Below are positions 25,655 to 35,070 of a stretch of 64,000 nucleotides of DNA, in pieces. Source of the stretch: Carcharhinus amblyrhynchos (lineage: Eukaryota). The position numbers were made by a program, and so were the translations under genes. Positions within the stretch are counted from its first letter, which is position 1; every line of letters begins with the position of its first letter. Location of the stretch: assembly GCA_965287045.1 (NCBI GenBank), contig OZ336874.1, positions 67,146,001 through 67,210,000 of the forward strand, written 5' to 3'. The notes under the pieces were generated by a model, which was not told where the DNA came from, made no database searches, and was given only the letters and a program-made list of their open reading frames with translations.

Positions 25655-26033
25655 TTCAAAAAACAGAAAATGCTGTAAAATCTCAACAGGTCAGATCCAT
25701 TGTTTGAAATGTTTGCCAGAATGTTACTGCCTCGCTTGCCATGGGAATTGGATCAGGCAAGGTGCGGACAATGGAAAGGTTCATTGACCTCAGGTGGGAT
25801 TTCACGATTTCAGGATGAGCAAAGTATAAAACCCCGCCCAAAGTGCAGAATTTTATGACAAAGCTCGGGCATGGCTCGGCAAGGCTCATAAAATCCTATC
25901 AGAGGCCAACAGATAATTCCCTTCTGCGAGCCTCACCCACCCCAGTAAAATTCCGGCCATAGATTCTATTCTCTGTCCACAGAAGCTATCAGACCTGTTA
26001 AGATTTTCCAGCATTTTCTCTTTTCTGTCTCAG
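25655..26033. mobile_element. Inverted Penelope 3'-end pair with MITEs inserted at its centre
   Basis: acagaaaatgctgtaaaatctcaacaggtc at the left versus gacctgttaagattttccagcattttct at the right. Confidence 0.65.
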
Positions 26034-26047
26034 ATTCGCAAAAACTC

Positions 26048-26730
26048 AGTCTGCAGATGCAGCAGGTGATCAAGAAGGGGAATGGAATGCTGGCCTTTAT
26101 AGCGAGGGGGATAGAATATAAAAGCAGGGAGGTCTTGCTGCAGCTGTACAGGGTACTGGTGAGGCCGCAGCTGGAGCACTGTGTGTAGTTCTGGTCCCCT
26201 TATTTGCAAAAGGATATATTGGCCTTGGAGGGAGTACAGAGAAGGTTCACCAGGCTGATACCGGAGATGAGGCGGTTAGCTTATGAGGAGAGATTGAGTA
26301 GATTGGGCCTGTACTCGTTGGAGTTTAGAAGGCTGAGGGGGGGTGGATTTTATAGAGACATATAAGATAATGAAAGGGCTAGATAGGGTAGAGGTAGAAA
26401 GATTCTTTCCACTTAGAAAGGAAATCAGAACTAGAGGGCACAGCCTCAAAATAAGGTGGGGGGTGGGCAGTTTAGAACAGAGTTGAGGAGGAACTTCTTT
26501 CAGAGGGTGGTGAATCTCTGGAATTCTGTGCCCATTGAAGTGGTGGAGGCTACCTCGCTGAATATGTTTAAGTCATGGGTAGATAGATTTCTGATTGATA
26601 AGGGAATTAAGGGTTATGGGGAGCAGGGGGGTAAGTGGAATTAATCCACTTCAGTTCAGTCATGATCTTATTGAATGGCAGGGCAGGCTCAAGGGGCTAG
26701 ATGGTCTACTCCTGCTCCTATTTCTTCTTA
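26048..26730 (+). mobile_element. CR1 3' fragment
   Basis: QVIKKGNGMLAFIARGIEYKSREVLLQLYRVLVRPQLEHCV..., followed by a 3' UTR. Confidence 0.92.
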
Positions 26731-29192
26731 TTCCTGCAGCATTTTGCTGTTACCAGCATTCTATTTCCCTTCCTAATAACTTGCTGTACCTGCATATTGA
26801 CTTTTTGTGATTCGTATACAAGGACACCCAGTTTGCAGTGTATTGCAATATATTGCAGTCTCTCTCAATATAAATAAGACTCAGCTTTTCTGCATTCCTG
26901 CCAAAGTGGACAACTTCACATTTTCCCATATTATTCTAATACTCCATCTGTCAATTTTTTGTCCACTCACCTGTCTAATTCCCTTTGCAGACTCTTTATA
27001 TCCTCCTCACAACTTGCTTTCCTACCTATCTTTGTACAGACAGTGGCCACTTAAGTTACAGTTGGGCCTCCTCAATAATGTTGACTGGGCTTCCCTGTCA
27101 GATCTCTGACCAGTGGAACAGACACCCCCTCCGCCCCCCAATTGGGCAGTCTCAATCCAATCTCCTGTGGCACTGCCGATAGGTCTTTGGGGATGGACTT
27201 CAAGTCAAAACTCCCTGGACTTTTGCTCCCATTCCCTTCAGGGAAGCAGTCTTTGACAGCCCCCAGCACCGTGGAAACATAAAGTTGAATTTTCTCACTG
27301 ATGGTCAAGATCCGCACGCTGCCAGAGCTGAATCACAAACCAACCCTGCTCAGATGGGCAAGGGTCAAAATGCACCAGCAGCACTGTTGTTGTGGGGGAG
27401 ACTATTACTGCTGCAAGGACACTCAGGATCAGGAAGAATCCATCAAAGAAGCCCTCTAGAACCTGTTGAGAGGCTGCAAGGATTTATCTGGCAGTCTCCC
27501 AGTACAGCAACAGACCCTCCTGACATGGGTAAAATGCTTGTGGATGTGGGAAATGGCCCTTAATTGTCCAGTTCAGAGACTGAACTGGACACCAGCGGCA
27601 ACTGAGCTATTATGGTTCCCTGTTTCAATAACATACCAGGGCAGCTGAAAGATACCCAGGCTCACCTCCAAGTGCCTTCTTACCAGCCCTCCTGCCCCCC
27701 TGCTCATAACATTTCAACCAAGAATATTCAGTCCACAGTCTCTTTCATCCTGTCAACCTCCAGCTTCAGGCCTTCAGCAGCACATTCTTGACTTGCAGAA
27801 ACTGCCTTGGTGTTTCATTTCACTTCTCTCCAACTACAGCACTATTCAGTGCAACTTACCTTTATGAAAAGCAGACTTCCTTTTAAAGGCTGGAGGAGTA
27901 AATGCCATGCATGGTATAATGCCACCTGTTGAATGTGCAGTTAAGCATGTTGCACTGGGCTGCAGGCTGAAATGGTTCAAATGAGGCAGCATGAAGTTTG
28001 CATACTGTCTGTCTCAATGGGATCAGGTGTGGGCAGGTTGTGAATTGTGATCACATGTGCCCGGAACAGGTATGAACACCTTTTTAGCCAAAGTGTGAAT
28101 AGACAATGAAGGGCAGATTGGAAATCAACTGAGACAAAGGTTGTTACTGATCAGAAATGGAAAGGGAGAAGGTTGAATACTGTTACCGTTGTTTATTTTG
28201 TGAAACCATGTCCTGAATGGGTTAATCATCTTTAGCTTAATCGATAGAATCTTATCAAATGGAAGAAACAATATCCTTTGTCAAACTATCAAACCAATCT
28301 GTTCAATGAAAGGACCCAAGAGTATTCACATAAAGATTTCTGTTTTATTCATTAGTGCACGTGTGTAATGCTCTCCCTCTCAGGGTTTCTCAAAGTGCTG
28401 ATGACACATTAGTGCAATCTGAATGTTTATTTGGAAACTGATTAGTTGCTGAAGCCGTTGTTAAAGCCATTGTCTTCTGCCAAGGGAGCTTCAAATTCTC
28501 AAACTGCAATGTTTTCTAATCAAACAAGGTTTCTGAAACAAATGAATTAGTTTGTCACAGAACATGATTAAGGAATAGTCTAGTCATAAGATGGCTTAGA
28601 AATGGATCACACTGCAACTGTTTTCTGTACAGCTGCCTGGATCCAATTTAAGAGGTCGACGTTTTGGATCATACTCTGTTAATACAACTCTGGCATTCAC
28701 CTCCAGTAGCCAATAGGCCCTTGAATATCCTAATGTACATTTTCAGAGCAAAACTGAACATTCCTTTCACTGTAAGGGCTGCTGAATTCAGAATTATCAG
28801 GTCTACACGCAGCTAACCATTGTTCCTTGATGGAACTGCAGGAGGCTGCCACTGAGAAACTTTTGAAGAGCTTTCTTAACTGAATATGAGGCCAGAAAGT
28901 GCTTTTCCCCCCTTCTAATCCTTTCCCCTCACTTTAGATATCATAAGATTCATCTTAGTCTTCACCAACTACCCAAGCAGTCACTCTTGCTGCCTTCCCA
29001 TGACAATTAAGCTATATATAAAGACATGACTATTTCTCTCACATTGGTAATAAACAAATGAAGCTAACTTGTCAATTTACCGGGGTGCCACCGTGAGTCC
29101 CTTTATAACTGAACACAAAAATCAATTGGTGCTTCTTGTCTCATTCCTCTGATCAGACTGAGGAGTGGCCAACTGAAAATGGACAAACCTGC

Positions 29193-29450
29193 CTCTATCC
29201 ACTGCTCACGTTTCCCTCCATCCACTGCTCACGTTTCCTGCTATCCACTGCTCACGTTTCCCTCCATCCACTGCTCACGTTTCCTGCTATCCACTGCTCA
29301 CGTTTCCCTCCAACATCTCCTCTCTCACTCTATTGACTGCTCATCTCTTCTCCCATCAACTGCCCATGTTTCCTTTTATCAATTCCTCATGTCTCCTTCC
29401 ATCAGCTGCTCATGTCTTCCTCTATCAACTGTCGATGTCATCCTCCACAA
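29193..29450 (+). repeat. 23-bp minisatellite (ATCCACTGCTCACGTTTCC-CTCC/TGCT), ~5 near-perfect plus several decayed units
   Basis: Units start at 29197, 29220, 29243, 29266 and 29289. Confidence 0.92.
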
Positions 29451-29544
29451 GTGACACCCCATGATTATTACTAGAATAGGCTCTCCTATCCTAGTAATAG
29501 TACAGATTAACACAAATGTAGATCTGTGATTGTCATCAGCTTAA

Positions 29545-30870
29545 GGACCCAATTTTATATTGTGGAAAATCCAGTTATTGTGGTAATAAAAACATTAGAC
29601 CTGCAAAATTGCAAATTCAGATGGTATGGGAGCCATCAGGCATGGTCTGTGCTGATACCTTATTGTAAAGGTTAAACATCAGTCAGAACATCAGAAGTAT
29701 GCAAGGTGGTAGATTGTGACACCAGTCAATATGTAACACTGATTTGATACCTGCCCTGCCATGTTGTCACTCTCTCAGACATGCACGGCTGAAGATGCCA
29801 CCAGCTGCACACCTGCCAAAAACATTTCAAAGGATCAGCATCCAAATTTAAGGTGCAGTGTTTTTGACTACCTATTTGTTGCTATACAGCTATTGTGTGG
29901 CTCCAATGTGGAATTGACAGAAGTTGCTTATCTGTTCAAGGTAGTGATGCTGGATCTTTGGAATGATTTTGAAAAGCATTTCTCTATCCCAATTGCATCC
30001 AGTCATGGGGACTTTAACTGCAGTTCCCCTTGGCTAGCAGCATCGCAAGGACAAGGAACACAGGAGAAGATGGTATACATAGAGGGAAGAGGAGGGCTGT
30101 CAGTAAAAGACCATATCTGCTTGGGATTTCCACAGAGCATTTTTCATACCTTCACCCCAGAAATAGTGTCAGTGGCAGCTATGCTTCACCAAGGAGGTGG
30201 TCACAGAACCGTGCTATATCTTCAAACTGGATCTGAAGCCTCAGTGCAGTGTAAGGACGACACTGGTAGCATCATGAAATCCATACAGTACAGAAAGAGG
30301 ACATTCAGTCCATTGATCCTGCACTGACAATAATCCCACCCTGGCCCTATCCCCATAATCCCACGTATTTATCCCGCTAATCCCCCTGACATTAAGAAAC
30401 AACTTAGCAACTTAATCAATCTACCTAATCCGCACATCTTTGGAGTGTGGGAGGAAACTCACACAGACTCAAGAAGAATGTGCAAATTCCAGAAAGGCAG
30501 TCACCTGAGGCAGGAATTGAACTCATGTCCCTGGCACTGTGAGGTAGCAGTGCTAGCCACTGTGCCACCATGCTGCCCACTGCTTGTGGCCATTAAGCGC
30601 ATGGTGGCCTTCAAGGCCAATGGATCTTTTCAGGTTGCAGCCAGTGACATGATCAACATGTTGCAGTTCACCATTCATTAATGCATCTGAGAAATCACAG
30701 GGGCCCTGGACATCAGGTGAGAGGGTTTCATAGTCTATTTTCAAAGTAGGAGATGTTAGTGTAGGGGGTCTCACCATGGAGCATATGCCATTAATAGCAT
30801 GCATGTGATAAGTACTGCACCTTGAAAGAAAATGCATTACACCTGCAAAGGTTAGCATTCATCGCAATCT
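29545..30870 (+). mobile_element. Harbinger (HARBI1-like) transposase remnant, split by an HE1 SINE
   Basis: EHFSYLH...QLCFTKEVVTE.CYIFKLDLKPQCSVRTTL|VAIKRMVAF..NGSFQVAASDMINMLQFTIH*CI*EITGAL; a TIR-like ggacccaatttt lies at ~29545. Confidence 0.75.
30271..30578 (-). mobile_element. HE1-type SINE
   Basis: tRNA head, V core and tail. Confidence 0.88.
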
Positions 30871-31890
30871 TCCCTCCTGCCATCACTCAACTGTGGCTTG
30901 GGATCCAATGATGGATGGGTGTTGTACTAGCAGCAGCCACCACTTCCTCAGTTGCCCTGCTGTTCAATAGGACTGCTGGCCTCAGATTGGCTGGAAATTC
31001 GGAGTGGGCAGGTCTTCCACCCCGGGGAAAGGCTCATCACTGGCCTGTCAAGTACCTCATTGGAACAAGCTGCATTGGCCCTTCCTGAAAAGAGGCAATG
31101 TGGGTTTCTCGCTGGCTGAAGTGTCAGCAGCTGAGGCCCCCATTGCCTCCACAAGATTCTGCCTGAAGTTTCCACGTTGCTTGGATTCATTTGAATGGAT
31201 ACCGGTTAATCGCACAATGTGATTCCTGAGACCATTAACAGTCCTTACTGAATATTTAGCCCCAGGGCCTTGACATCAAAGGTAGCAACAGAAAAACATT
31301 TTTTTTTCATTAAATGTAGATTTGGATGGTCTAGGTAAGCAAGATCTAGGTAAGCAAAATGGTCTAGGTAAGCAAAACGATCCCTAATCGGGTCCTAAAT
31401 TAGCTGAATATTTGCACTTTACGTTCAAACATAGATGTCACAAAAACTATAAATAATATTTTCATCATTAATCTTTCTTCAGTGATTCAACTTCTAACAT
31501 TACATCAAAGGAAGCCTTATAAAGTCACATACCACCAGATGTTAGATAATCACAAATTAACCGCTGAAATATGATATTCATTAATTTTTAAAAGTGGGAC
31601 CTTCATTCGCACTGTCCTCCTACAATTGAGGAGACTGAACATTCTACCTGTGAATTTCTCTACTACCTCTGACAGTGCCAATTTTATTACTCAACAGGAG
31701 CTGTGCCTTGTAGATCACCTAAATCATTCTTATAGTTTTATTTATCTCTCTCCACCCCCCCCTCCTCCTCGCCAGGCAGGGTGTTCCACTGGCATTCAGT
31801 GCTTTATCCAGAAGCCAAGTCAGATTGTGGATTTTCTACTCTGAATGTCTGTAGAGATTGTCATTTTAATCCAAAACACCCCTCACATTG

Positions 31891-32632
31891 GAGGTACGGT
31901 GGCACAGAGGTTAGCATTGCTGCCTCACATCACCAGGGACCTATGTTCAATGCCTGGCTTGTGTCACTGTCTATGGGGAGTTTGCAGGTTCTCCTTTTCT
32001 CTTGATCCTTTGGGTGCTCCCAGTCTGAAAGATGTGCTGGTCAGGTGCATTGGCCATGCTATGCTTCGGTCTGCCTTGTTGTCCAACAAGGGGCATACAC
32101 GCGATGGGTCATACGAGGGCTCTTGGTTGTTTCGAGGGTAGCCTAGTACTTCACGTCGTTAGTGTATGCTTAAACAGGGCCAGATGCTGGGCAACACGAC
32201 AGCTCAGTGACTATCACTGTTTGCTGAGCAGATATATGGATTTGGGCCAGTGTTTGCGGGAGTTTGTGCATTCTCCACTTGCTTGCGTGGATTTTCTTCG
32301 GGTGCTCCGGTTTCCTCCCACACGCAAAGATGTGCTGTTAGGCTGATTGGTGTAACAAATTGTCCCCAAATTAGTCTTCCCTCAATGTGGAATGCCATAG
32401 GCATCGGCAAGGGTCATGGGTGGAGGGGAGACTTATAATATTAAAATGGCGGCACGGGCTCGTTGGGCCGAAGGGCCTGTTTCCCGTGCTGTGTTGTTCT
32501 TTGTTCTTTAAATTCTTCCTTAGTGTATGCAAACAGGCCCTGCAGTGTGGCACTAGGGGATTTTCACAGTAACTTCATTGCAGCGTTCATGTAAGCCTAC
32601 TTGTGACACTATTACTTAAACTTTAAACTTTA
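31891..32632 (+). mobile_element. V-SINE (non-HE1 tail), split at catgcta|aattc by a nested SINE
   Basis: 5' half 31891-32061 and 3' half 32510-32632 align with the intact copy at 56566-56878. Confidence 0.88.
32062..32509 (+). mobile_element. Nested chimeric V-SINE: unrecognised 5' module, decayed tRNA region, V-domain, CR1-type tail
   Basis: V core gggtgctccggtttcctcccacac; tail gggccgaagggcctgtttcccgtgctgtgttgttctttgttcttt. Confidence 0.8.
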
Positions 32633-32698
32633 AAACATTTTGTTTGTCTAGCAATGGAACAGATAAAAGGGATCACAACTGATTTATTAATAAAACCT

Positions 32699-34177
32699 TA
32701 TAGAACATAGAACATAGAACACTACAGCACAAACAGGCCCTTCGGCCCACAAGTTGCGCCGATCACATCATCACCTACCAACCTACAGACCTATCTATAA
32801 CCCTCAATCTCATTAAACCCCATATACTCATCCAGAAGTCTTTTAAAAGACCCCAGCGAGTTCGCCTCCACCACCACTGACGGCAGCCGATTCCATTCAC
32901 TCACCACCCTCTGAGTGAAAAACTTACCCCTAACATCACTTCTGAACCTCCCTCCCCGCACCTTAAATCTGTGTCCTCTCGTAGCGACCATTTCAACCCG
33001 GGGAAATAGCCTCTGAGAGTCCACCCTATCTATTCCTCTCAACATTTTGTAAACTTCTATCAGGTCGCCTCTCAACCTTCGTCTCTCCAGGGAAAAGAGT
33101 CCCAGCTCCCTCAACCTAACTTCATAAGGCATGCCTCCCAGTCCAGGCAACATCCTTGTAAATCTCCTTCGCACCCTTTCAATAGCTTCTACATCTTTCC
33201 TATAGTGAGGCGACCAGAACTGCGCACAATACTCTAAATGAGGCCTGACAAGGGTCTTATAAAGTTCCAGCATTACCTCCCGACTCCTAAACTCAATCCC
33301 TCGATTAATGAAGGCCAGTACACCATACGCCTTCTTGACCACCTCCTCCACTTGCGAGGCCGATTTAAGAGTCCTGTGGACCCGGACCCCAAGATCCTTC
33401 TGCTCCTCAACACTACTCAGACTTCTGCCCTTGATAGTGTACTCGTTCATCCCGTTGGTTCTGCCAAAATGGACGACTACACATTTATCCGCGTTGAAGT
33501 CCATCTGCCACTTCTCCGCCCAGTCCTGCATCCTATCTATGTCCTGCTGCAACTTTTGCCATCCTTCCAGATCATCCACAACACCACCGACCTTCGTGTC
33601 ATCAGCGAACTTACTTACCCATCCCTCCACTTCCTCATCCAGGTCATTTATGAAAATGACAAACAACAAGGGTCCCAGAACAGATCCTTGAGGCACTCCG
33701 CTGGTGACTGACCTCCATTCAGAAAAAGCCCCATCCACAACCACTCTCTGCCTTCTGCAGGCAAGCCAGTTCTGGATCCACATGGCCAAAGGCCCTTGGA
33801 TCCCATGCCCTTTCACCTTCTCAAGAAGTCTTGCATGGGGGACCTTATCAAACGCCTTGCTGAAGTCCATGTACACTACATCCACGGCACTTCCTTCGTC
33901 AATGTGTTCAGTCACATTATCGAAGAACTCAACTAGGCTTGTAAGGCACGACCTGCCCTTGACAAATCCATGCTGACTATTCCTGATCATGTCAAACCTC
34001 TCCAAATGTTCGTAAATCTTGTCCCTCAGAAGCCTCTCCATCAGCTTACCAACCACTGAGGTCAGACTCACCGGTCGGTAATTTCCCGGGCTATCTCTGT
34101 TCCCTTTCTTGAAAATAGGAACTACATCCGCAATCCTCCAATCCTCTGGAACCTCTCCCGTCTCCATTGACGACGCA
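32699..34177 (-). mobile_element. Young 5'-truncated CR1 LINE with an uninterrupted RT ORF
   Basis: 458-aa open frame with NYRPVSLTS, QHGF, DFSKAFDKV, GVPQGSVLGP, FADD; 3' tail (TCTATGT)n at 32699-32720. Confidence 0.97.
32791..34167 (-). CDS. CR1 ORF2 reverse transcriptase (5'-truncated, endonuclease missing)
   Basis: ORF-track translation with all RT motifs. Confidence 0.9.
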   Translation of the reverse strand: METGEVPEDWRIADVVPIFKKGNRDSPGNYRPVSLTSVVGKLMERLLRDKIYEHLERFDMIRNSQHGFVKGRSCLTSLVEFFDNVTEHIDEGSAVDVVYMDFSKAFDKVPHARLLEKVKGHGIQGPLAMWIQNWLACRRQRVVVDGAFSEWRSVTSGVPQGSVLGPLLFVIFINDLDEEVEGWVSKFADDTKVGGVVDDLEGWQKLQQDIDRMQDWAEKWQMDFNADKCVVVHFGRTNGMNEYTIKGRSLSSVEEQKDLGVRVHRTLKSASQVEEVVKKAYGVLAFINRGIEFRSREVMLELYKTLVRPHLEYCAQFWSPHYRKDVEAIERVRRRFTRMLPGLGGMPYEVRLRELGLFSLERRRLRGDLIEVYKMLRGIDRVDSQRLFPRVEMVATRGHRFKVRGGRFRSDVRGKFFTQRVVSEWNRLPSVVVEANSLGSFKRLLDEYMGFNEIEGYR

Positions 34178-34574
34178 ATGATAGTTTACTGTTCAAAAAA
34201 ATGTTGAAAGCGAAGTAATATGCACCAGAGCCTCCCAGACTACTATATTTCAGACCAGTCGAATGGAAGAAAGGGGAACTATAATTCTAATAGCATTTCA
34301 TTGCTCTGGTGACAGGAGACAGCAGATGAAGGGTGTCACTTATCGTTCAATGAAGTAAATTTCCTTTGGATCTCTTAAATTGGAGTGAGATATTAGGTTT
34401 GTCTGGCATTGTGTAATGTATCAAAGTATAATTCGGTGTCTGTAAGAGCAGTATGTTTACCAGCACTGATTTTTATACAAATGCAAATAAAAAACAGGAC
34501 ACAGTCAGAGACAAACATTAGTGGATATCTGACAATGGAAATGGAAATTAAAATTGGGCTGGATGTATAACACA

Positions 34575-34806
34575 TTAAGAAGTCTCACAACACAGGTTAA
34601 AGTCCAACAGGTTTATTTGGTGGAACCGCCACCCGCTTTCGGAGCACTGCTCCTTTGTCAGGTAAGCTTCATCAGCTTACCTGACGAAGGAGCAGCGCTC
34701 CAAAAGCTAGTGGCATTTGCTACCAAATAAACCTGCTGGACTTTAACCTGGTGTTGTGAGACTTCTTAAAGTGGTTACCCCAGTCCGATGCCAGCATCTC
34801 CACATC
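34575..34806. mobile_element. Palindromic Penelope 3'-end element with a hammerhead motif on each strand
   Basis: ~95-bp arms 34575-34668 and 34674-34769 around the loop TCATC. Confidence 0.9.
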
Positions 34807-34879
34807 GTAGATGTATAACAGGCAGCTAATCCACTCCCGTCTGTTTGATGTGTTTCTGTTTACTGATAGTATATACCAA

Positions 34880-35070
34880 CAGCTTTGGACAAAATCAAGC
34901 CTGGAGCTTACAAAGGCATGAATGAGACAGATCAGTTGAGTCAAGAATGTAGAGGGTGGTAGAGGTAGTCTTTGTGAATATGAGGTTAGAGCTCGGCTCC
35001 AGGTCAAACAGGGCACTGAAGTCATGAGCAGTCCAGTTCAGCCTGAGGCAGTGCCTGGGGAGGGGAATTC
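34880..35070 (-). mobile_element. L2 LINE fragment
   Basis: LIHAFVSSRLD motif. Confidence 0.55.

Larger units (their letters stand above)
24958..27040 (-). mobile_element. Old CR1 (-), split at ~25640-26750 by a PLE hairpin, MITEs and a younger CR1
   Basis: CR1 3' UTR at 24958-25050; RT sequence resumes at 26750-27040. Confidence 0.75.

Noticed and set aside
29193-29450. CRISPR-like array
   Set aside because: Head-to-tail 23-bp units without unique spacers, in eukaryotic DNA.
29761-30327. 188-aa ORF
   Set aside because: Chance frame over a decayed Harbinger element; the transposase similarity lies in another, broken frame.
32062-32190. 5S rRNA or U2 origin for the chimeric SINE head
   Set aside because: Only short matches (TAGTACTT; ATGCTTC..GCCTT), insufficient to assign.
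33238-33976. Plus-strand ORFs of 90-157 aa
   Set aside because: Antisense shadows of the CR1 RT frame.
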